A DNA stretch of 64,000 nt from the human T2T-CHM13v2.0 reference genome, Homo sapiens (GCF_009914755.1 NC_060925.1), one strand, 5' to 3'. Shown: positions 1 through 15,862, counted from the first letter of the stretch. Made by a program: numbers and translations. Notes: generated by a model from the letters alone, not told the origin.

Positions 1-339
<339 letters not shown>

Positions 340-887
340 TAGCATAAGCCAAGCCTATCTTGATATTATTTCTCTAATTTCTTACTTTTATTTCAGCTAT
401 TTTTTCATAGAGAAATTCTTTCCCTCCCCACCTTGGGTCAATACCAATACATGAGCCAATTTTTAGGATCTGGCACAGAGTTTTTTTCAAGATCATAGAC
501 CCCAGCACTTCTGTTATACTCTATTGTCAGCACTTAAATTTGTGACTTGTACTGTGTTATTTTACCCTTGATATGTTTCTCTGTAATAGACTTCTAGCTG
601 TTGATTATAATTTCTTTGGAGGCAGGAAGGGGTGAACCTTTGGTAAATTATTGAACCTCACCATACCTTTTCTATAGTATTTTATATATACATATACCTA
701 TATGTAATATATATTTTGTATATATGAAAAATAACCATGTAGAGTCTGAAGCTTTAGTGTCCAGATAAGTGAAACTGACAGTTATGTTGAGCATCTGCTA
801 TTGATGGGGTATAAATCACATTTGCAAAGTTTGGTAAGTTCTGTTCTGTTTTCTATTTTGGCTTATATTCTATTCGTTTACATGTAG

Positions 888-1010
888 ACTATTAAGGAAG
901 AGACAGATGGTCTGCATGAAGAGCTGGAGTTTATTCGGATCCTTGGAGCAGATTTGATTTTTGCCTGTGGAGAAACTGAGAAGCCTGAAGTGAGGAAGAG
1001 CATTGATGAG
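888..1010 (+). CDS. MACF1: MACF1 coding exon (123 nt; TIKEETDGL...RKSIDE), spectrin repeat
   Basis: tag|ACT acceptor, GAG|gtgtgg donor, phase 0/0, in frame with next exon. Confidence 0.93.
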
Positions 1011-1108
1011 GTGTGGAGAAATGGATGAGGCACTCAGTTAGAACATTAGTGGGCCCAGACTGAAGAGTGGTATTGATTGAAGAATCTGATTGAATGTTTT
1101 TCCCCTAG

Positions 1109-1210
1109 ATGAATAATGCTTGGGAGAACTTAAACAAAACATGGAAAGAGAGGCTAGAAAAACTTGAGGATGCTATGCAAGCTGCTGTGCAGTATCAGGA
1201 CACTCTTCAG
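1109..1210 (+). CDS. MACF1: MACF1 coding exon (102 nt; MNNAWENL...QDTLQ)
   Basis: cctag|ATG, CAG|gtgaga; spectrin-repeat Trp. Confidence 0.95.
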
Positions 1211-1836
1211 GTGAGAGGCCAGGAGGTGACCACCAAGGAAATACAGGTTCTGTTTTTTGCCATTTTTGTCATTTTTGGAATTAAGCACAAAAGTGGATCA
1301 CCTTCACAGGACTGCAGACCTAAGATAGTGGTGTTTCCACAAATTTAGCCAAAGTTCCCCACTTGTAGTGAAAAAAGTAGCGACATCTGTCTGAATTCTT
1401 ACTCTTCCTGCCATGTTTATCATTGCCTGCTCATCATAGATTCATTCAGCTACGTTGTGAAGCTGGCCTTACTGTGAAAGTCATTGCTTGCCAGAGGTTC
1501 CAAACCCAGGTTATCTTCAAGCACAGTTTGGCACAGTTGCTTCAGAACATCATGAGCTTGCTAGCTGGGATTGAAAAATCTTCACTTTTATTCAAATTTA
1601 GTATTTCCAAATTGTAGTTTATTTTGAACATTATCTTGATAATGTTGGCTCCATTATTAAATCACCATATTATTAATATAAAGATCATTATTCTTTATCT
1701 GTGCCCCTTACCTGAAATCACAAACAGCACAAGGTGCTTTGATTGATTTATGTCTTCTTATGTTAGCAGAGATAATGCTAATTCTCTCCCAAATTCTTCT
1801 GGTTGTTTTTGACTGTTTACTTGTCTTTTGTTCTAG

Positions 1837-1938
1837 GCTATGTTTGACTGGCTAGATAACACTGTGATTAAACTCTGCACCATGCCCCCTGTTGGCACTG
1901 ACCTCAATACTGTTAAAGATCAGTTAAATGAAATGAAG
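1837..1938 (+). CDS. MACF1: MACF1 coding exon (102 nt; AMFDWLDN...LNEMK)
   Basis: ttctag|GCT, AAG|gtttgt. Confidence 0.95.
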
Positions 1939-2031
1939 GTTTGTATCTGGGTATGGCTTTTGAAGAAGAATTGTTTTATTATAGTTTTTAAAGGCTTGAT
2001 TTGATGTTAACATTGAGTGTGTCTTTGACAG

Positions 2032-2205
2032 GAGTTCAAAGTAGAAGTTTACCAACAGCAAATTGAGATGGAGAAGCTTAATCACCAGGGTGAACTGATG
2101 TTAAAGAAAGCTACTGATGAGACGGACAGAGACATTATACGAGAACCACTGACAGAACTCAAACACCTCTGGGAGAACCTGGGTGAGAAAATTGCCCACC
2201 GACAG
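2032..2205 (+). CDS. MACF1: MACF1 coding exon (174 nt; EFKVEVY...IAHRQ)
   Basis: gacag|GAG, CAG|gtaagg. Confidence 0.95.
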
Positions 2206-2296
2206 GTAAGGCAGGTGGTAGATGACATCAGTGAACTACTCTCCGCTCTTTTCTAATTTCGTATTGAATATTCCCTTTCTGTCTTTTCCTGAGTAG

Positions 2297-2452
2297 CACA
2301 AACTAGAAGGGGCTCTGTTGGCCCTTGGTCAGTTCCAGCATGCCTTAGAGGAACTAATGAGTTGGCTGACTCATACCGAAGAGTTGTTAGATGCTCAGAG
2401 ACCAATAAGTGGAGACCCAAAAGTCATTGAAGTTGAGCTCGCAAAGCACCAT
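2297..2452 (+). CDS. MACF1: MACF1 coding exon (156 nt; HKLEGALL...LAKHH)
   Basis: gagtag|CAC, CAT|gtaagt. Confidence 0.95.
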
Positions 2453-2598
2453 GTAAGTATTTTCATTTTTTCATCTCTAACCCTATTGATTTGAGACCAG
2501 ATGCTGCCACCAGCAGCCTTTGAATGTTGTGTATATCTTAAGAGAACCAAGTTAGATGATATCCATAGAGATAAATTATGTTGTTCAACATGTTTTAG

Positions 2599-2796
2599 GT
2601 CCTAAAAAATGATGTTTTGGCTCATCAAGCCACAGTGGAAACAGTCAACAAAGCTGGCAATGAGCTTCTTGAATCCAGTGCTGGAGATGATGCCAGCAGC
2701 TTAAGGAGCCGTTTGGAAGCCATGAACCAATGCTGGGAGTCAGTGTTACAGAAAACAGAGGAGAGGGAGCAGCAGCTTCAGTCAACTCTGCAGCAG
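2599..2796 (+). CDS. MACF1: MACF1 coding exon (198 nt; VLKNDVL...STLQQ)
   Basis: ttttag|GTC, CAG|gtacat. Confidence 0.95.
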
Positions 2797-3330
2797 GTAC
2801 ATGTGACATCCAAGTAAGGTAGGAAGAGCTATACAGATAACAGAAAGCCTATCTAAGTCAGAGAGAAGAGATCAATTTGAAAAGCAAAGAATCCCTTATG
2901 TCTTGAGGGGAAGGTTAATACTGTGCTGTAACTTATCTAGAAAGAGCAGCTTTTGATTGGGTAGTTCTTTTCTGAATTCATTTCTAGCTCAGTCTCTTTA
3001 TTCACATTCAAAGTTAGCAGATCTTCACTATAACAGATTCCCTTTTTTTCTTGGATCAAGTCAGGTCTCTTCCTATTCAACAGTACCTTAATCAATAGTC
3101 AATTCATCTGATCGTATCAGGCATTTATAATATGTTATAGTGAGGTCTGAAGGATTCTGCTAGATTCTAGCAATAATATTGGCCCCATGCTAATCTAGCA
3201 ACAGAACAGCTTTGCCAGAGAGCAGCCGAAAATTCCTTCCTCAAGATAAACTCCTCATATCATTTGGAAAGTTGACTTTTAAAGCTGAGAAATGACTACT
3301 GACATGGTTGATATATCTTTTTCTCAAAAG

Positions 3331-3459
3331 GCCCAGGGCTTCCACAGTGAAATTGAAGATTTCCTCTTGGAACTTACTAGAATGGAGAGCCAGCTTTCTG
3401 CATCTAAGCCCACAGGAGGACTTCCTGAAACTGCTAGGGAACAGCTTGATACACATATG
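3331..3459 (+). CDS. MACF1: MACF1 coding exon (129 nt; AQGFHSE...LDTHM)
   Basis: aaaag|GCC, ATG|gtaata. Confidence 0.93.
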
Positions 3460-3938
3460 GTAATAGCAATTTTTTGAAATTGAGCATAAGCATCCCATAT
3501 TCACTAGCTCCTTTCCAAGTTCACAGTCATAATTAATATGTATCTGGAAATCTACAAAGTAGTGCATTTTTATCAAACATATAGTATAACCTTTGGGGAT
3601 TGCTGCCTGTTACAGGCTTCTAATACCTTACAGTAGGCAGCAGTAGTGACAGGGAAGGTCAGCTGGAAATTTTGAGTTAATCAGCTTTACTGGCACACAT
3701 ATATTGACTTGAAGATGACAGCATCAAGAAGACAAATATACAACACAGATGTGCTTTCACTTAAGAAGGAAACTACTTAAGGGGGGTTTAGGGAAATCAA
3801 ATAGTTACCCGACAGTATTTCAAGAATGCATGCTAGAACAAAAAGCAACATAATTTCTAGGCAAATTTTTCATGAAAAGGGGAAATAGATTATTGGAGTC
3901 TTTTGAGGGATCTCTAATCCTTAAAAAATGTTTTTCTT

Positions 3939-4232
3939 GGCCGAGCGCAGTGGCTCACGCCTGTAATCCCAGCACTTTGGGAGGCCGAGGTGGGTGGATC
4001 ATGAGGTCAGGAGATCAAGACCATCCTGGCTAACATGGTGAAACCTCGTCTCTACTAAAAATACAAAAAATTAGCCGGGCGTGGTGGCGGGCGCCTGTAG
4101 TCCCAGCTACTCAGGAGGCTGAGGCAGGAGAATGGTGTGAACCCGGGAGGCGGAGCTTGCAGTAAGCCGAGATCACTGCCACTGCACTCCAGCCTGGGTG
4201 ACAGAGTGAGACTCCATCTCAAAAAAAAAAAA
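3939..4232 (+). mobile_element. AluY
   Basis: AluY-like diagnostics (accatcctggctaac, gaatggtgtgaacccgggaggcggagcttgc), A-tail, TSD-like gtttttctt. Confidence 0.92.
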
Positions 4233-4546
4233 GTTTTTCTTCTATGGGTGATAAAATTATTTTAATATTTTAATTTGCCACTTGTTATTTAGTAAAATAT
4301 GTTAATACTTACATTTTAATACAAATGAATTCTAAGTAATCAGTATTTAGTTATTACAATTAATTTTATTATTAAGTATGGTGGGTTTCATTCCCTTATG
4401 GCTCAGCACTTGAACTGAATCCAAAAGAATGGCTTGTAATCAAGATGAGCCCTTCCTGGACTTTCCCAGACTCTGCTACAGAATCTATATGTAGGTGTCT
4501 TCCAGAGAATTCGTAGAATTGATATCTTTCCTGCCTTTTCTTGTAG

Positions 4547-4720
4547 GAACTCTATTCCCAGCTGAAAGCCAAGGAAGAGACTTATAATCAACTACTTGAC
4601 AAGGGCAGACTCATGCTTCTAAGCCGTGACGACTCTGGGTCTGGCTCCAAGACAGAACAGAGTGTAGCACTTTTGGAGCAGAAGTGGCATGTGGTCAGCA
4701 GTAAGATGGAAGAAAGAAAG
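4547..4720 (+). CDS. MACF1: MACF1 coding exon (174 nt; ELYSQLK...MEERK)
   Basis: ttgtag|GAA, AAG|gtacag. Confidence 0.95.
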
Positions 4721-5564
4721 GTACAGTGTATGATCCCCATGTTTGAGTAATTTGCTGAGTGATTGCATGTATAATAATTGCCATCTTATTTATATGAAGA
4801 TTTTTTGAAGACCAGGGTATTGTAACAGAAGTTGCAGAACTGATTCCATCTGTGTTGAGTTGCATTGATGGTATAAGTTTCTGTTGTTATTTGCTTTTAT
4901 AATTATTCATTCCTTACCTGTTAAGACATTACTGCCATTATCGCTTCGTGATGGGCTTTATGTCCTATATTAATCACCAATTTGTGTTCTACTTAAAAAC
5001 AAGGTTTTGCTGGAGTTGGTATCTTGGGGTTGAGAGATTGGGGACAGGGCATATAGGGACTGACGAATAATTCTCCACAAGGAATTTGGTTCCTAACGTA
5101 AATGTAGTGTGCAAGGAAATTTACTAGAAATCAGGAGAGAAGTAAATTATATGACCTCTTCCCACTCATCCTCAAAAATCAAATTCTCTTCTCTACAAAA
5201 TAATGAAAGATGACTAGGGATCAAGGTGTTTGCCCAAAAAGATTATTTTTTATGAGTACAGAGTTTCACTGTATTTTTTGCTGCTCAGATCAAGTATGAA
5301 ATATATACATACACAAACCTGTTGACCACATTCACTCAATGAATAGTTATTGAGCAAGTGTGTGCCAAGTCCTGTGCCTGATTTATGGTGGAAACACTAA
5401 AGACGACCCTATCTTTGGGAAATTAATGAACAGAAGGGCATAAAACACATGAACATCTTGAGAGAAGCATTAATTTCCTAAAAACCTTCTAGCATGGGAT
5501 TGGGTAATTTGATTATATTAAGAATGGCTAAAGGACCTAAGTGTATGCTAATTCTTGGACAGAG

Positions 5565-5876
<312 letters not shown>

Positions 5877-7316
5877 TCATCCATAGATCCTGCAGAAGGC
5901 AAAGCTAAGATTAAATAAACTGAGACAGATTCCAGCTCATAACCAAGAAATTTTCAGAGAGTTTTCTTAATAGTTGAGCAAAATACCTTAAGACATAGTT
6001 GCCCATTATCAGAAATGGTCAGGCAAAAGCTGAGTGTCAAGGATAGTTTATTATTTTGCAGAAACATTACCTTCAGGATCAGTAAAATCATTTATTAAAT
6101 GTGTGTGGTGCTGTAGTAAGAAAATATAAAGAATATGTAGATATAAAGAATATAAAGATATAAATTAGATATAAAAGTATATCTTTTATATCTATAAAGT
6201 AGATATAAAAAATATATAAAGAATATGTGGATAGAATGATGTGGAAAGAATTCCTATCATCTAGGAACTTGTAATATATTAATTTCTAAACATTTCTATA
6301 TATATTTGAAGTGGATTTCATTTTTCCACCTGATTTGTTTAGATTGGGTTTGTACATTTTTATAACATTTATTGTAATTTTTTTTTTTTTGGTGGGGGGT
6401 GGTTACAAAAATAACCTGAAAGCGCAAAGAGGAAAATAGAAATTACAACCCAGTCAGGTAGAATTAACAACAGTTAACGTTTTTGGTGTACATCTTGGAG
6501 TTTTTTCTGTGAATATTTTGGAAATACTCATTTTTGTCAGCCTGTCATTTTTACTTTGCCTGCCTAGTAGGGGGGCCAGAGGCAGAAGTCATTACCAAAA
6601 GGTTAGTGTAGGTCTCTGAGGATGGAGCTTATGAACTCTGTGGGATTGAAGCGTACTTGTGAGGAGTAGCCTTTTCCCTGAATGAGCTCTTGTTGTTGCC
6701 ATTCTTAGGTAAATGAAAGTGTCTGAAAATCTACATCTAGTGTTGTCAGATTTTTGCCTAGAATGTCTTGGCTTCTTTCGTTACCTCTTCTTCTTATAGC
6801 ATAAGCATAATTTTTAGACTCATATTTTCATATGCCATATTTTCTGAAAACATGTATTTAAACAAAGAGTACTACATTGAACATCATCTTCATAGTAAAT
6901 TGCTTTTCATTTAGCTGTTTTTATACCACAAAAAGTACATTAAAGGAAACTGAAACATTACCCAAAGCAGGTTGTAGATCCTGCAGCTGTCACCACTAAA
7001 GGGTCTGTTCACTTACAGTTATTGAATAGTCTTATTCCCGTTCAAGGAAGTGGAGAGTAGCAGAGAAAGGAACTTAGCTGCTTATTGTGCTCTATTTCCT
7101 TTTCCATGTACACAGTTCTTGCCCATTTGTTTCAGACACTAACATTAAAATGTCCCCTTCTTTACAAATAAAGCATGTTTGGACGTTGATTAAATGAGGC
7201 TTCCTTTTTAGAGGTCATTTCATTTGTTGTACAATTCATGCCTTTGTCGCTGAGCCTATAATTCCTGAAATTGGCGCTTTTTCTTTCTGTGTGTGTGTGT
7301 TTTACTTGAAATTCAG

Positions 7317-7472
7317 TCAAAGCTGGAAGAGGCCCTCAACTTGGCAACAGAATTCCAGAATTCCCTACAAGAATTTATCAACTGGCTCACTCTAGCAGAG
7401 CAGAGTTTAAACATCGCTTCTCCACCAAGCCTGATTCTAAATACTGTCCTTTCCCAGATAGAAGAGCACAAG
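7317..7472 (+). CDS. MACF1: MACF1 coding exon (156 nt; SKLEEAL...IEEHK)
   Basis: attcag|TCA, AAG|gtaagt. Confidence 0.95.
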
Positions 7473-7576
7473 GTAAGTATGATATTATGATGCTGCATTC
7501 TTTTTGAAAGCACTAATTGAAAGAAATGCCCCTTTATCTTATCTTAAGCTAAAAAAGAGCACTATTGTTCCCTCAG

Positions 7577-7783
7577 GTTTTTGCTAATGAAGTAAATGCT
7601 CATCGAGACCAGATCATTGAGCTGGATCAAACTGGGAATCAATTAAAGTTCCTTAGCCAAAAGCAGGATGTTGTTCTGATCAAGAATTTGTTGGTGAGCG
7701 TGCAGTCTCGATGGGAGAAGGTTGTCCAGCGATCTATTGAAAGAGGGCGATCACTAGATGATGCCAGGAAGCGGGCAAAACAA
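7577..7783 (+). CDS. MACF1: MACF1 coding exon (207 nt; VFANEVN...KRAKQ)
   Basis: cctcag|GTT, CAA|gtaagt. Confidence 0.95.
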
Positions 7784-7917
7784 GTAAGTTGGGGAAGAAA
7801 GATACTAATTCACTGAAGAGTCTTGGGCTGCATGTATTGAGTCTCTGGGATGATTCTCAAACGTGCTGTATAGTGTGTATATTCATTCCTGTTAACTTAT
7901 TTCTTATGTAATTTTAG

Positions 7918-8037
7918 TTCCATGAAGCTTGGAAAAAACTGATTGACTGGCTAGAAGATGCAGAGAGTCACCTGGACTCAGAACTAGAGATATCCAATGA
8001 CCCAGACAAAATTAAACTTCAGCTTTCTAAGCATAAG
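7918..8037 (+). CDS. MACF1: MACF1 coding exon (120 nt; FHEAWKK...LSKHK)
   Basis: ttttag|TTC, AAG|gtaaag. Confidence 0.95.
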
Positions 8038-8478
8038 GTAAAGCAGTTAATTGCTCTTAGGTCCCAAGCCATAGTATTCGCTAAAGCTTGTATCTTGCCA
8101 AAAATAAAAATCAGAGCTAGTAAAAAGAAAACCAATTGGTTAATGTTTAAAAGTCAAAATGATGAAGCCAGGGTTCCATTTTATATCTAGATGGTCTAAT
8201 CATGATATTTGCTCATTTAAATAACAGTTTAAGGAAAGTAGTTATGGGAGTAACTAGTTAAAACTGTAGGCTTTCACAAATTGTCAGGCACTTCTATATA
8301 TGGTATAAACAAAAAATTATAAATTTCTTAAGGATAAGCTATGGTTAATTTTAGTTCAAAAAAAGTGGTGATATTCATACTTTATTTGGTTTCTAGCCTG
8401 AAAACTCAAATTCTTTTGTTCCAAATCAAGATGTCGTCTGACTTTTAACACTTTTTTCTTTTCTTTCTGGAAACATAG

Positions 8479-8648
8479 GAGTTTCAGAAGACTCTTGGTG
8501 GCAAGCAGCCTGTGTATGATACCACAATTAGAACTGGCAGAGCACTGAAAGAAAAGACTTTGCTTCCCGAAGATACTCAGAAACTTGACAATTTCCTAGG
8601 AGAAGTCAGAGACAAATGGGATACTGTTTGTGGCAAGTCTGTGGAGCG
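8479..8648 (+). CDS. MACF1: MACF1 coding exon (170 nt; EFQKTLG...KSVER, phase 2 end)
   Basis: catag|GAG, GCG|gtgagc. Confidence 0.95.
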
Positions 8649-9151
8649 GTGAGCATGAATGTCCCCTTCAGGGGTCTAACCGGGATCCCAAAAGCAAGAG
8701 GTTCTTACCAGATTCTATAAAATGGTGATAAAGCTAATGCATCAGTAAGAGGTTTTGTACCATCTTAACACCACCAGTTAGTTCAAAGACTGTTATAATT
8801 TAAATAAAATGTGTAAAAATTCTCATTTTAAACTTGAACCTTATTGTATTAGAGAGAGGCCTATAAAATCAAACCAACAATAATAGATCAGTAACTCAAA
8901 AGTATTTGTAAATCATCAATTTGTAATACCAACAACTGTCTTATTGACTGCTCTTGGACACTCCAAAGCCTCTACATGCATTACCTCATTTAACCATAAT
9001 GATACCTGACCTTTGCTGGGCAATTACTACTGAATATGTACCAAACAGTAGCTGATAATCATTTAATCCTCATAACCACTGAGGTGGGTACCATTTTTAT
9101 TCCATTGTACAGATGAGAAAATGACCATAAAGAGGTTCTTAACTCCCCTAA

Positions 9152-10185
<1,034 letters not shown>

Positions 10186-10462
10186 GTACTCCAATTTTTT
10201 TTTTTTTATGAGGTGACTGAGGTTCAAGGAGATGAAGAAACAGCCTAGGGTCACACAACTGATACAGAGCTAGGAGTTGAACTGATTCCAGATCACTACC
10301 AAAACTATCATCTTTTACTTAGAGTGGTATATGAGGTGATTAACACAGACCTTGGGTTGTTAGGGTGTGCCTGTGTGTCACTGGGCTATAAGATGCCTAA
10401 AGGGTATCTCTACCTGTCCCCTGTGCTACCCTTAATCCATTCTAGAGGGTGGTTTGATTTAA

Positions 10463-10802
<340 letters not shown>

Positions 10803-10943
10803 TTTACTGTATTTCTAACTGTTCTAACATAGAAGTCACTCTCTATATAGGGTTCAAGCAATATTCCCTTTCAGCGAGGCAGAATTGTGGGCCATTTGTA
10901 AAAGGAATCCCTAAAAATGGTAGCGTTTGTGTGCATTTCTCAG

Positions 10944-11103
10944 GCAGCACAAGTTGGAGGAAGCCCTGCTCTTTTCGGGTCAGTTCATGGATGCTTTGCA
11001 GGCATTGGTTGACTGGTTATACAAGGTGGAGCCACAGCTGGCTGAGGACCAGCCCGTGCACGGGGACCTTGACCTCGTCATGAACCTCATGGATGCACAC
11101 AAG
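10944..11103 (+). CDS. MACF1: MACF1 coding exon (160 nt; QHKLEEA...MDAHK)
   Basis: ctcag|G, AAG|gtaggg; 170+160 nt restores frame. Confidence 0.95.
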
Positions 11104-11726
11104 GTAGGGGTGAGGTCTGGGCTACATTGGAGTGCAGTGGGTCTTCTGTATATGACTGCCTAGGGTCTTCTACATATGACTGCCTCTGCCCTTCTTTCTA
11201 GGGGAGAAAGAGAGCCTGACAGTTGCTTTGTGTGTTTAAACAAACTGTTGCTGAGATTCTGCATTAGTCACAACGAATTTACCAAAATTGGTTTGATTCA
11301 GATTTGGCAATGTGTAAACTTCACTTCAAGGTTGCGCCTCTTCCTGTTTGTTTCTCTCAGTTGAGTCACAAAATGGATCTAAATTCCAACGGAAACCCAT
11401 AAGATAGCCATTTCCACTGACTCCTAAAATGGAAATGAGTGATTTTTTTTTTAAACCACTTCTGAACCTAACAATCCTAACACCAGGCACGCCAATATTT
11501 AACATAATCTCTATCTGTCATGTTGAATTATGTAATATCCTCCTGTTTCAGCACAAGCATTTAACTTTACCTTGAAATTACAACAGATTCTTATTATGTG
11601 CACAGCAGATGTTTTTATTTCCCATAATTCTGGAAACGTTAGTATAATGGTTACCATTTTACAGATGAAGAAACTGGGCCTTAAGCAACTTTTCAAAATT
11701 ATGTATCTCCTAAATGCCTGAGCTAG

Positions 11727-12014
<288 letters not shown>

Positions 12015-12047
12015 TGAACAAACAAATTCTCCTATTTTCTTTTCTAG

Positions 12048-12242
12048 GTTTTCCAGAAGGAACTGGGAAAGCGAACAGGAACCGTTCAGGTCCTGAAGCG
12101 GTCAGGCCGAGAGCTGATTGAGAATAGTCGAGATGACACCACTTGGGTAAAAGGACAGCTCCAGGAACTGAGCACTCGCTGGGACACTGTCTGTAAACTC
12201 TCTGTTTCCAAACAAAGCCGGCTTGAGCAGGCCTTAAAACAA
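12048..12242 (+). CDS. MACF1: MACF1 coding exon (195 nt; VFQKELG...QALKQ)
   Basis: ttctag|GTT, CAA|gtaagg. Confidence 0.95.
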
Positions 12243-12575
12243 GTAAGGGATATTTGCTGTCCCAACCCAAGGGATAGATCTGAGTGGGTTTATTTGGTTT
12301 TTCTTTTACTAGAATCTGTTCCAGTCAGTCTTGAAATAAGTATAACAGAGTTGAAAATTGATATTCTGAATGTTCTATAAAATTTTAATATTCATTTTGA
12401 GAAATAATGAATTCAGTTGATTTTCAAAGATCTACAAATGAAAGATAACCTTTGTGGAGTTTTGATGAGGCCATGAAATGTCTGAATGAACACTGGACCC
12501 TTTCCCTAGCATGTCCCAGTATCTAGGTCCTTGGCTGCAGAGAGAGGTTGAATCTTTTGTGCTTGGTTATTTCAG

Positions 12576-12704
12576 GCGGAAGTGTTTCGAGACACAGTCC
12601 ACATGCTGTTGGAGTGGCTTTCTGAAGCAGAGCAAACGCTTCGCTTTCGGGGAGCACTTCCTGATGACACAGAGGCCCTGCAGTCTCTCATTGACACCCA
12701 TAAG
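12576..12704 (+). CDS. MACF1: MACF1 coding exon (129 nt; AEVFRDT...IDTHK)
   Basis: tttcag|GCG, AAG|gtaatc. Confidence 0.95.
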
Positions 12705-13598
12705 GTAATCCAGCCTTGGGGTTTGGTGACCTCATGCTACCTACCACCTTGAGGGCTGCCTACCACTAAATGAAAGCAACTTTTTCTTGGAAATATCAGA
12801 GCTCACATGAAAAGGAACAAAACCAGAGTGGCCCTAGCTCATTGGTTTAGCAGGAATGAAAGGGAAGCGACTGATGGGTTTTTTGACACCTTAAACAGTA
12901 ACATTCATTCTTATAAAAGTAATATATGTTGGTTGTAACAAGTTTTTTAAACATGGTATTAAGAAAAATGTTGACTATTTCATCTTCTTTACTCCTCACC
13001 TGCATACGCCTTTGTTTGCCTTATGTTACCAGCTTTAGGCCCTGATCTGATCCCCCAGCACCACTTACTAAGCTGTAGAGTATGGTGCAGTGTCTGGGGT
13101 CTCAGTCTGTCCTAATGAGGTGGGAAATGTTTCCCTTTTTAAATTTTTATGTTATCCACTCAGAGATTTTAATCATGGATTTGTTATTATATTCTGTTAT
13201 GGGTATTTTTTAAAATCATGGTTTTTACAACTATAATTATATTTTTCCAATACAAATATGTTTACCAACATGAAATGAAATAGGATATAAATGAGAGTAA
13301 ATGAAAAATGGGACTAAAAAAGAGAGAAACTAACTCGAATGGGAAAAGGGGGGCATACCTCTGTGTGTCCTATTCTTTGTTGTCATCTCCACCAGAGAAA
13401 GTCATTCTTGTGTAAACCCCTCACCTTCCCACATCTTTTAGAATGAAAATGCCGTAAATAACTATACAGGCTTTTAGAGGTCTGCGTTAACACATGGAGG
13501 AAAAAGAAAACATTGAAATTTATCCCCCCTCAGTGTAAACTAACAGTGCTGCTAATGTAGACTTTTTACGTTTTTGTTTTCAAATCTTTTTTGTTTAG

Positions 13599-13742
13599 GA
13601 ATTCATGAAGAAAGTAGAAGAAAAGCGAGTGGACGTTAACTCAGCAGTAGCCATGGGAGAAGTCATCCTGGCTGTCTGCCACCCCGATTGCATCACAACC
13701 ATCAAACACTGGATCACCATCATCCGAGCTCGCTTCGAGGAG
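13599..13742 (+). CDS. MACF1: MACF1 coding exon (144 nt; EFMKKVE...ARFEE)
   Basis: gtttag|GAA, GAG|gtgagt. Confidence 0.95.
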
Positions 13743-14012
13743 GTGAGTCCCTGGTTCAGAGGAGGACTGCACACGCCCAGTAAACTATCACTATAGTATA
13801 GTATAGTATTTTTCCCCCAGGTAAGGAATCTTTCACTCACTGTGAATAACTCAGCAAAAATTAAGTTAACATTTTAGTAAAGACTGTTTTCTTGGTAATG
13901 TGTGGCAACCTGGAGGAGTAGTGTTGGCATAGTGCTATGTTAATGTGACTTCCAGTGGACATGTTGTGTAGTGTCTGCTCCTTCCTGGGAAATCCTGTGT
14001 TAACAGGATGTA

Positions 14013-14289
14013 CAGCTGACCCTTGAACAATGTGTATTTCAACTGCACAGGTCCACTTATATGCGGTTATTGTTCAGTAAATACAGTCAGCCCTCCATGT
14101 TGGTGGGGTCCACATTCACAGCCAAACATGGATAGAAAATACAGTATTCACGGGAAGCGAAGCCCATGTGTGCAGAGGGCAGACTTTTGCAGGTTGCACA
14201 AAACCAATTATAGGCCTTGAGTATGCATGGATTTTAGTATCCACAGGTGGTACTGGGACCAGTCCCCCATGGATACCAAGGAACAACTA
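14013..14289 (+). mobile_element. TcMar-Tigger MITE (MER2B-like)
   Basis: TA-flanked; starts cagctgacccttgaacaa, ends ccatggataccaaggaacaacta. Confidence 0.75.
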
Positions 14290-14410
14290 TACTAGATTTT
14301 CTTTCAGGAGGGCTGATATTTTATTCCAGCTCTTATCCCAGTTGTCACTGGGGTAATAGTGAAGCCTCTTGACTGTTTGGGTGGTCTCTCCTCTAAAAAG
14401 TCATTGTGTT

Positions 14411-14714
<304 letters not shown>

Positions 14715-14800
14715 TTATGAAAATCAGATGAAAAAGGGCTTTGGAAACAAAGGGGGTATGCTTGACTGAAAGAGGCCATGGTTTCCTTCTTTTTCCACAG

Positions 14801-14989
14801 GTCCTGACATGGGCTAAGCAGCACCAGCAGCGTCTTGAAACGGCCTTGTCAGAACTGGTGGCTAATGCTGAGCTCCTGGAAGAACTTCTGGCATGGATCC
14901 AGTGGGCTGAGACCACCCTCATTCAGCGGGATCAGGAGCCAATCCCGCAGAACATTGACCGAGTTAAAGCCCTTATCGCTGAGCATCAG
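14801..14989 (+). CDS. MACF1: MACF1 coding exon (189 nt; VLTWAKQ...IAEHQ)
   Basis: ccacag|GTC, CAG|gtatct. Confidence 0.95.
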
Positions 14990-15058
14990 GTATCTTAACC
15001 TCACTGTGTGATCACTGGTGTTTTCCGTGTTGGGCATGGAGACCATCTCTGTTGCCCT

Positions 15059-15568
15059 GTGTATATGTTTTTAAATGGCTGCTTAACACATTACCACAGA
15101 CTTAGCACTGTAAAACAACACATACTTACTTACCTCATAGTTTCTGTGCTTCATATACCTGGGCATGAGTTGACTAAGTCCTCTTCCTGGAGTCTCCCCA
15201 GGCAGAAATCAAGGTGTCAGCCAGTACTGCAGTCTCATCTGGAGTTCAGGGTCCTCTTTTAGGCTCACTCAGGATGTTGGCAGAATCCAGATCCTGGTGG
15301 ATGTAAGACTGAGGTCTCTACTTTCTTGCTGGCTCTCAGCTAGGAGTTGCTCTTGCCTTCTAGAGGCCCCCTCAGGTCTTAGCCACACAGCCAGCCGGAG
15401 AAACTGTCCAAAGTGCTCTATGGAGTCTTGAAATGTAATGAAGAATGAAATGTAATTAAGGGAGTGAATATTCCATCATTTGCCCACACTCAAGGGAGGG
15501 GGATTACATAGAGTGTGCATACAGGAGTGGGAATCCTGGGGGCCTTTTTAGAAGTCTGCCTGCCACAG
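15059..15568. mobile_element. MaLR solo LTR (MLT1 family)
   Basis: tg...ca ends; MLT1-type ttaccacagacttag and gaagtctgcctgccaca. Confidence 0.7.
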
Positions 15569-15862
15569 CCTGTTTTTATTGACCATCATTTGAGCCAGGG
15601 TCCCACTGGTCCCCATTATACCTGGTTCAGAAAGCTCTCTCGCATGAACCCAGTGGTCAGTGAAGGTGCACATTAGACTAAACTGAATGGAGGAAAGCTC
15701 AGGTGGGCCATCTTCATAATATATCCTTAAGAGGCAAATACTATTTTTAACCATAATCATTTATACTGAATTCAAGCGTGAATGTTGATTAGTTATACTG
15801 TAGACTATATGGTCTTTTTAGTTTATATAAACAATTACCCCAGCAAGTGAGAACTCACTATA

